From positions 64,001 through 128,000 of the forward strand of contig OZ244650.1 in the NCBI GenBank assembly GCA_965218785.1: a stretch of DNA of 64,000 bases. The letters run 5' to 3'. This DNA comes from Nitrosopumilus sp. GTDB lineage: Archaea; Thermoproteota; Nitrososphaeria; Nitrososphaerales; Nitrosopumilaceae. Made by a program: the position numbers and the translations under genes. This document shows positions 51,862 to 62,647 of the stretch, piece by piece; positions within the stretch are counted from its first letter, which is position 1, and each line of letters opens with the position of its first letter. The notes under the pieces were generated by a model, which searched no databases, was not told where the DNA came from, and saw only the letters and a program-made list of their open reading frames with translations.

Positions 51862-53100
51862 TTATCTCTTTTCCTCCAGGGTCTGACTGGCAATCCTGGC
51901 GGCATTCACTGCCCCATCAGGAACAAAATTCCTTGAAAACTCTGTTAAACACCCGTTGAACTCCTCGTAATTCTCTCGGATCCTGGATATTGCATCGATT
52001 ACCTGCCCGGTCTTTTCAGCTAGTACGCCCAGGTTCTTCTCCTGGGCCCACCTGATGTTGTTTGTATGCTCGTCATATACTGGAATTCCTATTATCGGCT
52101 TTGCCTTTCCTCCCATGATCTCCCCCATCACGGTGTGCGAGCCGTTTACTACTGCGTATCTGCAGGAATCCAGCACCGTGTTTTTTTCCTGCTCTGAGAG
52201 GTACCCAACATCAATCTGTATCCAGTCTATCTTCTTTTCTACAGCATCTGAAATCGAGTACTTTTTCCCATCAACACCAGTTACACAGTCGATTCCCGGC
52301 TCGTCTCTTGCATGGGATACAACCCTTCTCTCTTTTCCCATCTCGCTCTGGCAGAATACCTCTTCATATCTCTGGCCGGTCCCGTCATTTGTGGATTTGT
52401 TGCCGGTTCTCATCCAGTATCCAAATTCCTCACCTTTAACCAACCTTTCAAGATCCGTATCATCACCTTTCACGAAACCCTGCTTGCCACCTGTAAAGTG
52501 CCCCACATACGTCACCTTCTCCATAACATCATCTGTAAAATTCAGATTATACTGACATACAGTATACGGTGGCGGGGAATCAGCAACAAGTATCCTCGTA
52601 GCCTTTGCAATCTGCTTTGCAATAAAAACCAGTGACGGATAAAGATAGGACCTTGACCTGTACAACTTTGGCTTGAACTGGTTTGTCACAAACAGGCTTG
52701 GAATACCCCTGTTTTTTGCCAGGATGTTCGAGCCCATGTCCCCGTCATTAATTACTAGATCAAACTTTTCCTTGTCATACAGCCTCTTCTCCTCTTTCAG
52801 GTAACTTGCAATCTGTTTTACCAGCGGGGGATTATCTGATACCGGTAACAACAGATTCGCCAGTGACAACGACACACTCGGACCGAATTTCCCGTCAATG
52901 GGAGTCGGCATCAGGATCTCATGGATTCTCTCCATGCTTTCTGGAAACCTCTTTAACAGTTTGTCATACACGTGATCTTTACTTGAGAAATGAACCTCGA
53001 TCTCTTCCTTTATCTGGTCTTGTAACACGTCATTTAGGCGCATCATCCTGGAATAGTGACCGCTCCCCCACGGATAGATAAACTTCCCTATCTTAAACAC
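51862..53100 (-). CDS. GT-B glycosyltransferase (MurG/GT28-like)
   Basis: GSGHYSR N-terminal motif; VVNGSHTVMGE...IPVYDEHTNN. Confidence 0.8.
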   Translation of the reverse strand: MFKIGKFIYPWGSGHYSRMMRLNDVLQDQIKEEIEVHFSSKDHVYDKLLKRFPESMERIHEILMPTPIDGKFGPSVSLSLANLLLPVSDNPPLVKQIASYLKEEKRLYDKEKFDLVINDGDMGSNILAKNRGIPSLFVTNQFKPKLYRSRSYLYPSLVFIAKQIAKATRILVADSPPPYTVCQYNLNFTDDVMEKVTYVGHFTGGKQGFVKGDDTDLERLVKGEEFGYWMRTGNKSTNDGTGQRYEEVFCQSEMGKERRVVSHARDEPGIDCVTGVDGKKYSISDAVEKKIDWIQIDVGYLSEQEKNTVLDSCRYAVVNGSHTVMGEIMGGKAKPIIGIPVYDEHTNNIRWAQEKNLGVLAEKTGQVIDAISRIRENYEEFNGCLTEFSRNFVPDGAVNAARIASQTLEEKR

Positions 53101-53122
53101 AATATCAAATTAACATACCCGT

Positions 53123-54241
53123 TTAAATTCTGTGATCCCCCAGCGAATCTAGTATATCATGAACGTTGTTGGGTCCGACTTTGACTACTATCTTTTTTAC
53201 CGTTTTTAATGCGTCATTAACCGTATTTTCTGAAAAACCTGGAATCTCCCCGGTTCTAACTGATGTTACCTTCTCCAGCCTTTTGAGACTCCGCTCTGAT
53301 CCAATCTCCATTACCTCATCAAACAGGTTGTTCTCCGCACCTGCAAGCGGAATTATCGGAATCTTTCCTGTCTTAAACACCCGCCTTTGCGAGTCCTCAA
53401 TGAAATTAGTGGAGAACACCAGCGGTGATAACGCAACTGATACGTATCTGTCCTGATACCGCAACAGTATCTCCAGTACGGAATTCACAAAGACTAGATA
53501 ATTTTTTCCTCCTTCTGGTCTTATCTTTATCTGGAAGAACTCCAGCTCTACCTCGTCTTGCACCATCCTTGGAATTATCCTGTTAATCATCTTGACCAGG
53601 TTCATCAGTTCGGACTCCTGTCTGTAACAAACCGTAATCCTGGTGTCATATCCCTGCTTTATCGTCTCATAACACGAGACGGCAGAGATCTCATCATATA
53701 CCGCACAGACTGCCTTTTGTTTCTGTGATTGATATGGAATCCCGCCCATGCCGTCATCTAAAAAGATGCAGACAAACGCGCTGTTCTCTGTTAGGTACGT
53801 GTACAGTAATTTATCGTGATCCCCCTCCGTCCCTGGTACAACTCCAAGTTCCGACCTTGTCTCTATTATATTTGATGTTGCGGCAATCTCCACATCCTTG
53901 ACCAGAAATCCCTTTGATGCACCCTCCACACTCACCAGGAACCTATTACCCTTTAACAGCAGGTTTCCGCCAATGGATGTAATCTCTGAAACGATACCTT
54001 CAAAGTCATTGTCAACACGTCTTGCAATTGCAATTTTTTTAATCCCAAACAGCAGGTTGATTGCAGACGAGGCAAACACCGGATCGTTGGCATCAACTAA
54101 AATGACATCCCCGTCACGCTTTACGGATCCGAACTTCTGCCCTTTTATCCTGAGAATCTTTTTGATGTTTGTAATCAACTGCGGAATCTTGTTTTTCGTA
54201 AATATGGTTGGAAAGACCACCACATACGATGTTTCATCCAT
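53123..54241 (-). CDS. ThiI-like THUMP-domain protein
   Basis: THUMP-like N-half and GMGGIP; canonical PP-loop not seen. Confidence 0.65.
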   Translation of the reverse strand: MDETSYVVVFPTIFTKNKIPQLITNIKKILRIKGQKFGSVKRDGDVILVDANDPVFASSAINLLFGIKKIAIARRVDNDFEGIVSEITSIGGNLLLKGNRFLVSVEGASKGFLVKDVEIAATSNIIETRSELGVVPGTEGDHDKLLYTYLTENSAFVCIFLDDGMGGIPYQSQKQKAVCAVYDEISAVSCYETIKQGYDTRITVCYRQESELMNLVKMINRIIPRMVQDEVELEFFQIKIRPEGGKNYLVFVNSVLEILLRYQDRYVSVALSPLVFSTNFIEDSQRRVFKTGKIPIIPLAGAENNLFDEVMEIGSERSLKRLEKVTSVRTGEIPGFSENTVNDALKTVKKIVVKVGPNNVHDILDSLGDHRI

Positions 54242-54318
54242 GTTTCTAGACTGGGTCTCTTGTTTATAATTTAGGACGATCGGGTAATCAATATAAAACG
54301 AATACTTTAACACAGTAC

Positions 54319-55035
54319 GTGAAAAGATTCACCGCACAACAGGTAGCTGATCTCAACAGCACAATAAAGACCACAAAAGAGGCGCTCCAATGGACCTCTG
54401 AGAACCTGCACCCCCGCGTTGCCAAGGCATCAAGCTTTGGTGCAGAAGACGCCGTAATGATGGATATCATGATTAATATCAATCCGGAGTTCAGGTTCTT
54501 CACACTAGATACCGGGAGACTCCCCCAAGAGACATATGATATCATGGATGCCGTAAGAAAGAGATACAACGTTGCAATCGAGGTGTTATTCCCTGATGCT
54601 CAACAAGTCCAGAACATGGTCCAAGAAAAAGGTGTAAACCTGTTTTATGATAGTGTTGATAATAGAAAGCTCTGCTGTGAGATCCGCAAGGTAAACCCGA
54701 TGAACAAGATGTTAAGCACGCTAGACGGCTGGATCACCGGACTGCGCAGGGATCAAACCAAAAACCGGGAGGATGCCAGAATCTTTCAGCTGGATGCAGG
54801 ACACGACAACATACTAAAGATTAATCCGATAATTGACTGGACCTGGGACCAGGTCTGGGGGTACATCAAAGAAAATAACCTACCATACAACGCTTTGCTT
54901 GACCAGGGTTACCCCAGTATTGGCTGCCAACCCTGTACCAGACCCGTAAAGCCCGGAGAAGATCTCAGGGCAGGACGATGGTGGTGGGAACAGGGAGAAA
55001 ACAAAGAGTGTGGACTTCATATAGACCCTAAATAG
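54319..55035 (+). CDS. cysH: APS/PAPS reductase
   Basis: SSFGAED, LDTG, CCEIRK, GYPSIGCQPCT, ECGLH. Confidence 0.95.
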   Translation: MKRFTAQQVADLNSTIKTTKEALQWTSENLHPRVAKASSFGAEDAVMMDIMININPEFRFFTLDTGRLPQETYDIMDAVRKRYNVAIEVLFPDAQQVQNMVQEKGVNLFYDSVDNRKLCCEIRKVNPMNKMLSTLDGWITGLRRDQTKNREDARIFQLDAGHDNILKINPIIDWTWDQVWGYIKENNLPYNALLDQGYPSIGCQPCTRPVKPGEDLRAGRWWWEQGENKECGLHIDPK

Positions 55036-55038
55036 AGG

Positions 55039-56190
55039 ATGAACATGTCGCAGACACCTGATCCAATAAAGCCGCATGGCGGCGTACTGATAAACAGGGT
55101 TATCAGCGGTGATCCGTCCGGGTTATTCCCAGTTACAATCAGCGAGGATCTTGCAAACGACGTTGAAAACATCGCCGACGGCATATTCAGTCCGCTTGAG
55201 GGATTCCTCAACAAGGCAGACTTTGAGAGTGTCGTATCCAATGGAAGACTGACATCCGGTCTGGCATGGACAATCCCAATCGTACTTGATGTTGATGAAC
55301 AGACTGCCGCCAAGATAAAGGAGGCAGGCAACGTATTACTACAAAACCCGCAGGGAACAGGAGTTGCCATATTACACTCTGATGAGATATACACCTTTGA
55401 TAAGGAAAAGACGGCACAGGGCGTGTATGGCACGACTGATGTGTCCCACCCGGGCGTTGCAAAGACGATGGCAATGAAGGATCACCTGGTTAGCGGCAAG
55501 ATTGACTACATCTGCAGACCTGCAGATACTGATATTAGAAGATACAGGCTGACACCAAAACAGACTCGGGAGGCATTTGCCAAGGCGGGATGGAGCACCA
55601 TCTGCGCATTTCAAACCAGGAATCCGCCACACGTGGCACACGAGATGCTGCAAAAGACCTCAATTACAACACGTGACGGGGTATTTGTAAATCCAATCAT
55701 CGGAAAAAAGAAATCCGGCGACTTTGTAGATGATCTAATTATAAAATGTTATGAAACCATGATAAAATTATACTATCCTGAAAACCGATGCCGTCTTGGA
55801 ACCCTGCACACGGAGATGAAGTATGCCGGTCCGAAGGAGGCAGTCCACCACGCAATCATGAGACAAAACTATGGCTGCACGCACATAATCATTGGAAGGG
55901 ACCACGCAGGAGTTGGAAAATTCTATGATCCATTTGCAGCACAAAAGATATTTGAGGATTACCCGGAGCTTGATATCTCACCTGTGTTCTTTCCGGCGTT
56001 TTTTTACTGCAAAAAATGCCTCACATACACGACTCCCAAAGCATGCCCGCACGATGATGATGCAAAGGAGCAGATCAGTGGAACCAAACTCCGGGAGATG
56101 ATTCAAAACGGGCAGTCACCCTCTGAATTTATCTTGAGACCCGAGGTTGCAAAGGTAATCCTGGATCATCCAAAGCCGTTTGTTGATTAG
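55039..56190 (+). CDS. sat: sulfate adenylyltransferase
   Basis: [25 protein letters not shown]. Confidence 0.97.
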   Translation: MNMSQTPDPIKPHGGVLINRVISGDPSGLFPVTISEDLANDVENIADGIFSPLEGFLNKADFESVVSNGRLTSGLAWTIPIVLDVDEQTAAKIKEAGNVLLQNPQGTGVAILHSDEIYTFDKEKTAQGVYGTTDVSHPGVAKTMAMKDHLVSGKIDYICRPADTDIRRYRLTPKQTREAFAKAGWSTICAFQTRNPPHVAHEMLQKTSITTRDGVFVNPIIGKKKSGDFVDDLIIKCYETMIKLYYPENRCRLGTLHTEMKYAGPKEAVHHAIMRQNYGCTHIIIGRDHAGVGKFYDPFAAQKIFEDYPELDISPVFFPAFFYCKKCLTYTTPKACPHDDDAKEQISGTKLREMIQNGQSPSEFILRPEVAKVILDHPKPFVD

Positions 56191-56220
56191 ATATTTATTA
56201 AATCGATTCTGGTTTAGATT

Positions 56221-56892
56221 GTGAAGTTTCTAATTGTATTGTTACTACTATTACCGGTATCTGTGATTCATCCCGTCTTTGCCCAGGAAGCGGTAAATCC
56301 ATCGCTGATTATCCACACAGAGGAGATCCCAGCATCGGAGTTCAACAGGGTTCAAAGGGACGCGCCCATAATAAAACTGGAAGACACACACGCAGTCAGC
56401 TGGCAGGTTACAATTGATAACAACCTGCTATACATCAGGCCCGATGGCAGTGCCGTCTTTAGAATATATGACCAGGAAACCCTCGATGAATTCATCGAGA
56501 TCGGAATGGGCTCCGAGCCTGACAACAGGTACTGGGTCGCAGTCCAGACCCCCAAGGAGGGATATATCGTGATTCACAAGGACTTTGAGCGGGGCTGGTA
56601 TCCGCAGGCAAAATCCATCGTATCATATACAGACAGGGCGGGACTGACTGTCAACAACGGTGCCAGGATCGTAGTTACCAACTTGGATATCGGGGTGTTT
56701 GCAGTGGATTCGTATTCCACATATGGTTTAGAGTCCTCCACTGACCCGCCTGCAGTTGGGTCTGGCAGCATGACTGTGGAGTTTCTCTCAGGCGACCCTT
56801 CAAAGAACATCTACTCGCTGTATCCGTTTGTAATTGCAGCGGTAATAGGCTCGCTGGTCGGCGTGTTATTCATTACTAAGAAGCGTTCCTAG
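56221..56892 (+). CDS. secreted, C-terminally membrane-anchored hypothetical protein
   Basis: Signal peptide ending VFA, C-terminal TM then KKRS. Confidence 0.75.
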   Translation: MKFLIVLLLLLPVSVIHPVFAQEAVNPSLIIHTEEIPASEFNRVQRDAPIIKLEDTHAVSWQVTIDNNLLYIRPDGSAVFRIYDQETLDEFIEIGMGSEPDNRYWVAVQTPKEGYIVIHKDFERGWYPQAKSIVSYTDRAGLTVNNGARIVVTNLDIGVFAVDSYSTYGLESSTDPPAVGSGSMTVEFLSGDPSKNIYSLYPFVIAAVIGSLVGVLFITKKRS

Positions 56893-57529
56893 TTTTGTAG
56901 TATCTGCAACTCTTCCTGATTTTGCACACGTTACACATTGGTGATACCGGCTTGCAGATGTTCTGGCCATACATGACAAAGGTGTCGTTAATCTCAAGCC
57001 AGAACTCTTTTTTGATCTTCTTCATCAGTGCTTGTTCTGTATCCTCTGGAGTCTTTGTGTCCACCAGTCCGAGCCTGTTTGAGATCCTGTGAACATGAAT
57101 GTCCACCGGAATTGCCGGCTTTTCAAAAGCGTAAACCAGGACACAGTTGGCAGTCTTTCTGCCGACACCCGGGAGTTGTATTAACGTCTCTAGATCTTCT
57201 GGAACTTTTCCCCTGTACTTTGAGTCAATTATTTTTGCAACATCGATAATTCTTCTGGACTTTACGTGGTAGAACCCGATTGATCTTATTATCTTTTCAA
57301 CGTCTTTTAACTTGGCATTTGCAAGCTGTCTCGGATTCTTGTATTTTGAGAACAACACCTTCACTACTTTTGTGGTGCTCTCGTCTTTGGTTCTTGCAGA
57401 AAGGATGGTTCCAATCAAAATGCTGAATGCCCCTCCCGTCTCTGCCTCGTGAAGCTCCCTGAGTGCAGTCACCCTGGGCGGTTTTATGGAGTTCATGGTA
57501 TCCATCATTCCACGAAGAATTCTTTTCAT
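56876..57529 (-). CDS. nth: endonuclease III
   Basis: LPGVGRKTAN HhH, VDIHVHR, C-x6-C-x2-C-x5-C; start placed at MKRILRG. Confidence 0.95.
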   Translation of the reverse strand: MKRILRGMMDTMNSIKPPRVTALRELHEAETGGAFSILIGTILSARTKDESTTKVVKVLFSKYKNPRQLANAKLKDVEKIIRSIGFYHVKSRRIIDVAKIIDSKYRGKVPEDLETLIQLPGVGRKTANCVLVYAFEKPAIPVDIHVHRISNRLGLVDTKTPEDTEQALMKKIKKEFWLEINDTFVMYGQNICKPVSPMCNVCKIRKSCRYYKTRNAS

Positions 57530-57581
57530 TTCATATACGGGACGCATACAAGTATTATAACTGTAGTAACCAAGGGAACAC

Positions 57582-58739
57582 ATGGAACTAACACGCGAGG
57601 AGGAATCCGCGTTAAAGGGGGAGCAGGGGGAGACCATGCAGATGGCATACAGAATCCTGGTTGCAACAGGCCAGGCAACTGATGCTGACAGGCTGGTACC
57701 AATACAGTGGGCACACCTCTCTGGCGTAAACTATAACACCATCGGGGATGCAGGAGAGGAGTTCCTCTCGACGTTTAGCAAGGATGCCAGAGTCAAGGTT
57801 AGAACGACTCTCAATCCGATGGGCTTTGATATTGACAACGTATCAGATTACGGACTAGATGAGAACTTTATCTCAAAACAGCTCTCCATTAGAGATTCGT
57901 ATAAAACGATGGGCGTCACCCCGTCATTTTCCTGTATTCCTTATGAAATATTTGATATTCCAAAGGAGGGCACACAAGTCGCATTTGCCGAAAGTAACGC
58001 TGCCATCCATGCAAACTCGTATGACCATCTAAAGACCAACAAGGAGAGCTCATTTAGCGCACTTGCCAGTGCGATAACTGGAAAGAGCCCCTACTCTTCA
58101 CTGCGAAAGGAGGATGCCCCCAACGTGAGCATCAGGATGAAGGTAAAAGATCCTGATGAACTAACATATGGAATGCTTGGATTTTTTGCAGGTAAAGTGG
58201 GCGATACCTCCGTGAATATCTCCGGTCTTGGTGATATGGACAGACGGCAGTGCAAGGCCATGTGCGGGGGGATGGGCACGTCTGGAACATGTGCAAAGTT
58301 TCTTTTTGAGGATGCCGCTGATTCAGACTGTGAAGTAATGGATTTTGATCAAAAAGAGATGCAGGATGTTCATGATACTCTAAACACTGCCGAGAGCGGT
58401 GATCTAATCACGTTGGGCAGTCCCCAGCTGGGACTCGAGGAGATCTCTGATCTGGCAGGCAAGCTAAAGGGTCGCTCCTTTAAGAAGAGATGCATGGTAT
58501 TCTGTCCGAGAACCGTAAAAGAGCAGGCAAGAAAAATCGGATACACAAACGAGCTTGAACACGCCGGCTGTGAAATTCTCTCTGATTGTTGTACCTGTCT
58601 GACTCCGTTGATAAACAAGGATGATGTTGATGCGGTAACTACCAACAGCGTAAAGGGCGCGTTTTATCTTAAAAATTCCAATGGTGTGGATGTAAACCTG
58701 AAATCACTCTCACAGATAATTCAAGACGAGACAAAATGA
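57582..58739 (+). CDS. aconitase X catalytic subunit (DUF521; phosphomevalonate dehydratase large subunit)
   Basis: AHLSGVNY, FSCIPY, AESNA, LGSPQ, TNSVK; coupled to the DUF126 gene. Confidence 0.88.
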   Translation: MELTREEESALKGEQGETMQMAYRILVATGQATDADRLVPIQWAHLSGVNYNTIGDAGEEFLSTFSKDARVKVRTTLNPMGFDIDNVSDYGLDENFISKQLSIRDSYKTMGVTPSFSCIPYEIFDIPKEGTQVAFAESNAAIHANSYDHLKTNKESSFSALASAITGKSPYSSLRKEDAPNVSIRMKVKDPDELTYGMLGFFAGKVGDTSVNISGLGDMDRRQCKAMCGGMGTSGTCAKFLFEDAADSDCEVMDFDQKEMQDVHDTLNTAESGDLITLGSPQLGLEEISDLAGKLKGRSFKKRCMVFCPRTVKEQARKIGYTNELEHAGCEILSDCCTCLTPLINKDDVDAVTTNSVKGAFYLKNSNGVDVNLKSLSQIIQDETK

Positions 58740-59122
58740 ACAAGGTTATAGTCTCAGGCAAAGTTACTGGAACCGTCCTAAAATCTGGTCACCCGATCAA
58801 CTTTCTGGGTACGGTGGATAAAAAAACCGGGGTCATCGGTGATGAGAACCATGATTTATTCCAGAAATCAATCAAGGATGTTGTTCTTGTGTTTCCCAAT
58901 GGAGCTGGCAGTAGTGTTGGTGCATACACGATTTATTCGATAAAGTCAAACGGTGTTGCACCGCTTGCCATGGTCTGTCTAAAGGCAGATCTTACGGTGG
59001 CTACCGGATGTGCGGTGGCAGGCATTCCGTTAATTACAGTTACAGATGAAGAGTTTTCATCAATCAAGAACAACACCGTAATCTCAATTGACACTGATTC
59101 ATCTAGTCCGATCAGTCAGTAA
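58736..59122 (+). CDS. aconitase X swivel subunit (DUF126)
   Basis: INFLGTVD...VFPNGAGSSVG; ATGA overlap. Confidence 0.88.
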   Translation: MNKVIVSGKVTGTVLKSGHPINFLGTVDKKTGVIGDENHDLFQKSIKDVVLVFPNGAGSSVGAYTIYSIKSNGVAPLAMVCLKADLTVATGCAVAGIPLITVTDEEFSSIKNNTVISIDTDSSSPISQ

Positions 59123-59249
59123 GATCACTGTTATCATCTATTTCTCTTATCTTTTGCGCCTCCCCAACCCCGGTATCTTTGATCTGGCTTTTTCCTGCTG
59201 GCAGCACCCGGACAAAATCATCAATGCTGATCTTTTTTGTAATATCCTC
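59108..59249. repeat. duplicated 3' end of rqc2 (direct repeat with 60632-60779)
   Basis: 142 vs 148 bp, near-identical apart from a few substitutions and a 6-bp indel. Confidence 0.93.
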
Positions 59250-59448
59250 ACTTAACCTATATCAAGAATGTAATGAATCTGAAAAATGTGTGAATTTTGA
59301 TAAAATCTGGGATCATGTGGGGCGTTGATACATTATCCCGATCTTTGATAGGTAGAAGAATTTGACTAATGCCCCCATCTTGACAGAACCGCTGTTGTGT
59401 CTACTGTGGGAGTATTTTATTCGTATTTTTTTGTAGGTACATGAAAAT

Positions 59449-59958
59449 CTAAGTAAAATAGGAAAATTGTAAAATCAATCCGGATAAGACCAATACTATA
59501 GCGGTTGTTCGGATCATTAATCTGTGATCAACTTCATTTTCTGTAGTAATAAAATTGGTAAGATATTTAGAAACTGGATTAAGATATATGAAAAATCCTA
59601 TCATTTCTAGTACAATTCCTCTATCATTATAATTTAAAAGAATGTCATCTTCTTCCCATGTCCCGAACAATACTAGTGTAGACAATGCAGTTATTAAAAT
59701 AGTTAAAAATTTCATAATAGATTTATTTTTTATCAATAAACCAAAACTCTCCAAAAAAGGTTTCAGCAAATTCAAAACTCCATAATATGCTATAGTTGTA
59801 ATTGTTATGTGCCAAATAATTTGTAACGTATCAGAAAAATCGAAATCAAAAACCCAACTTTTTAGCAGATCATAGATTATCCAAATCACCATAATTGGAA
59901 TGATTGAGCCAATTGCACAGAGAATACCAATATGTATGTTTCTAGTCAGTTTTTTCAT
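59449..59958 (-). CDS. multi-pass membrane hypothetical protein (islet cargo)
   Basis: About five hydrophobic segments; AT-rich. Confidence 0.65.
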   Translation of the reverse strand: MKKLTRNIHIGILCAIGSIIPIMVIWIIYDLLKSWVFDFDFSDTLQIIWHITITTIAYYGVLNLLKPFLESFGLLIKNKSIMKFLTILITALSTLVLFGTWEEDDILLNYNDRGIVLEMIGFFIYLNPVSKYLTNFITTENEVDHRLMIRTTAIVLVLSGLILQFSYFT

Positions 59959-60120
59959 TTGTTATAATCTCATATTCATTAAAGGGCATATCTAATCGTG
60001 TTGTTTACGCCATTTTTTTAATTAAATATAAAAAAAGCATTTCCTTAATCTTGGAATATTTCATAGAATTGTTTAATTATGGATATTTCTATGACACGCT
60101 AGAGATTTGAGAGATGTAAT

Positions 60121-60253
60121 GCGACAAGACAAAGTTCATGAACTAAAAATCATCATAAAACTAAAGATTAGTGGATTTTACCTAGGTGAGTATGAATAAT
60201 AAAATTGGAACATCCTGAAAATAAATCACAAACTTATACCTCTTGCTATATGA
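60121..60253 (+). repeat. second copy of the 12027-12162 non-coding repeat
   Basis: Manual alignment shows long identical blocks. Confidence 0.85.
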
Positions 60254-60293
60254 TCTTAGCCAATTATCCATTAATGCAAAGATGTGTGCAAAT

Positions 60294-60497
60294 TCATATC
60301 ATGTGTAGTTCTTTGAGGATTTTTTCCAAGTTTGAAAAAACATGATCGGGGCAGGGATATTTTGGCTTTGCTGATATTCTGTTCCATGATTTATGTTTGG
60401 TTTTTCCATGTTGTCTTTTTATATCTGCAATCCAGCAAGTCTTTACAGTTTTTCCATAACGTTTCTTGTAAATTGTCTGTGCTTTATCATAGGTCAC
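60294..60497 (-). CDS. small basic helical protein
   Basis: TY...YG..VKTCWIADIK...G...PCP...L.MI pattern recalls small domains seen at the end of some RNA methyltransferases and in mobile DNA. Confidence 0.6.
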   Translation of the reverse strand: MTYDKAQTIYKKRYGKTVKTCWIADIKRQHGKTKHKSWNRISAKPKYPCPDHVFSNLEKILKELHMI

Positions 60498-60635
60498 AAA
60501 TGATTTTAAATCTTTGACAGATAAAAATACACTGTGCTCAATGTTATCTCAATTATTTTGGTGATAGTTCCAAAGATGTTCTATTCAAATTCATTTCCTG
60601 ATAACTCATCCTGAATATTCTTGTGAATCTACCGA

Positions 60636-62597
60636 TCAATCAGTAAGATCACTGTTATCATCTACTTCTTCTACTCCTATCTTTTGCGCCTCACCAATCC
60701 CGGCATCTTTGATCTGGCTTTTTCCTGCTGGTAGTACCCGGACAAAATCATCAATGCTGATCTTTTTTGTAATATCCTCCTCCATTCTGGAAAACTCTAG
60801 TCTGATCTTTTTGGCAGCATCGACCATCTCCAAGCCGTGCGGCTCTATTACTGCAAAACATATAGAACTCCTCTTTATCGTCTCAGGAGGTCCGCATGTC
60901 AGGGCATATCCATCCTCCTGCGGAATTATCCCCACAGCTAGTTTGAGGGTCTCTGATTTTATAAAATTCCGCTGTCCCTGGATTGTAAATGATCCCTTTG
61001 GCAGAAACTCCCCGCTGGGAGCAGATCTTTTTACCTGCTCGGGATTCACCCAGTACGCACTTACTCCGTACATTCCCTCCCTCCACGCACGGCTAAAACA
61101 TACTGTGGCATGTGCCACCTCGTTCATGCTTTTATCAGGTGCATTTTGCGCATCCTTTAGTATGAAAAACGGTGATCCAAAGATGTCCCCGTGAAATATA
61201 CGGTCGTTCTTTCCCAGATGCTTTCTGACTACTGCCGAGTTTGATGCCGCATCCCTCCCGCCAATTACAAGCATGTCATCAGATGTAAAGAACCATCTGT
61301 ACCTCTCATACCAGTTCTTCTTTCTTATCTCTGATACCAGTATCTTGTCTTTCTCTGCCTCTGTCTTGTTCTTCATTTTTTCGAGTCTTGTCTCCGCCTT
61401 CTGTTTGACTTGTTGAATCGAACCTATTGCACCTGACTGTTTTTTTGCCTTGTCAAAGAGTACGGATGCAATTGACTGCAGAGGAGATTTCACATCTATC
61501 TTTATCTTTTCATCCCCGATTACTACCAGCGAGACTCCCTTCTCACTGGTTAGTCTTGCGTTATATCTTGCCAGAATCTCCTGTGCCGGGACATCCTCAA
61601 TTGATGTGATCCCAGCTGCTACCATCTCATAAAGGGAGTTGGCAACATTTGTAATGTGTCTTGCCCTCTCCTTGACTGTCTCTATTGCCTTTTCCTGCTC
61701 GGAGACCTGTGTTTGCAGTTCCTTGATCTTTTTATCAGAATCACTTGACTGTATCGCCTTTCCTCTTTCTAGCAATCCACCGGTAAACACCGTATCTAAT
61801 CCCTTGATAAAACTCTCTGCCTCTGTTATCTCACCTTGCAGTCTGCCAAGTCTTACCGGACAGACATCGGTCTTTTCATTTCTTACTATTATGGGATCGT
61901 GTCTTCCCGTGATGACATCTGAGACAATCTTTGTAGCAGTCTCAAAGATGCTCTTTACCTCTTCATCATCAAGCTGGTTTCCTATCTTTTTTGAATCAAC
62001 TCCTGCAATCTCAAAGATACCTTCAACATACTTTTTTGGAAGACCCAGCGTCCGCCCGATCCACTTTGCGGAAATTATCTCCGCCTTTCTGAGATCATCA
62101 AAATCAGATATCGTCATGTTAAAGATATCCAACCCGCTCTCCGGTGGCTGCACATACTCTAGTCCGACACCGAGTTTTCTGTGTCTGACATCTATGGCGT
62201 GCTGCAATGCCAGAATCTTCATCTCGTTGTTGCACAGCAGAATGTTTCCATCACCGAAAAACTCGCCTACCAGCACGAACTCTTTTCCAAATCCCTCAAA
62301 GGTAAAATATGCGATTCTCTCCGAACCGATCTGTTCGATCTTTTTTAATTTCAGTCTGAGCAGATCACTTCGAAGCCTTTTGAGCAGCCGGTTTGGCTCC
62401 ATCTGCTCAATCTTTACTGATGTAAGCCAGACACCTGATGTCGATATCATCATAAAGAGATCGCTTTTTTCGGTGTGGTGCAGTTTGAAGAGGATGCTAT
62501 CCTTTGTAATTCCATAAATATTGCTGATATAGTAGTCTTGGACCTGCTCTGATATCTGTTTTACCAGATATCGCAGTTCTATTCCCGCCAGAGTCAT
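60636..62597 (-). CDS. rqcH: ribosome quality-control protein Rqc2/NFACT (NEMF homologue)
   Basis: EFFGDGNILL, WYERYRWF, GGRDAASN, PSGEFLPKGSF. Confidence 0.93.
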   Translation of the reverse strand: MTLAGIELRYLVKQISEQVQDYYISNIYGITKDSILFKLHHTEKSDLFMMISTSGVWLTSVKIEQMEPNRLLKRLRSDLLRLKLKKIEQIGSERIAYFTFEGFGKEFVLVGEFFGDGNILLCNNEMKILALQHAIDVRHRKLGVGLEYVQPPESGLDIFNMTISDFDDLRKAEIISAKWIGRTLGLPKKYVEGIFEIAGVDSKKIGNQLDDEEVKSIFETATKIVSDVITGRHDPIIVRNEKTDVCPVRLGRLQGEITEAESFIKGLDTVFTGGLLERGKAIQSSDSDKKIKELQTQVSEQEKAIETVKERARHITNVANSLYEMVAAGITSIEDVPAQEILARYNARLTSEKGVSLVVIGDEKIKIDVKSPLQSIASVLFDKAKKQSGAIGSIQQVKQKAETRLEKMKNKTEAEKDKILVSEIRKKNWYERYRWFFTSDDMLVIGGRDAASNSAVVRKHLGKNDRIFHGDIFGSPFFILKDAQNAPDKSMNEVAHATVCFSRAWREGMYGVSAYWVNPEQVKRSAPSGEFLPKGSFTIQGQRNFIKSETLKLAVGIIPQEDGYALTCGPPETIKRSSICFAVIEPHGLEMVDAAKKIRLEFSRMEEDITKKISIDDFVRVLPAGKSQIKDAGIGEAQKIGVEEVDDNSDLTD

Positions 62598-62647
62598 ACC
62601 AGCATGTCTCACGTCTGAAATTATACTCTTGCTATGTGCCTTGTCAA

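Noticed and set aside
52055-55653. Many 60-170 aa ORFs overlapping core genes
   Set aside because: Antisense or off-frame shadows of well-supported genes; the same applies to similar ORFs throughout the island
57530-57637. N-terminal extension of nth
   Set aside because: Overlaps the divergent aconitase X start; the ATG at 57529 gives a normal-length protein
57582-59122. Aconitase X/DUF126 pair as a novel system
   Set aside because: Known archaeal mevalonate-pathway dehydratase subunits; ordinary core genes
61639-62517. 292-aa plus-strand ORF
   Set aside because: Antisense shadow of rqc2 with Ser/Ile/Phe-rich composition and no motifs
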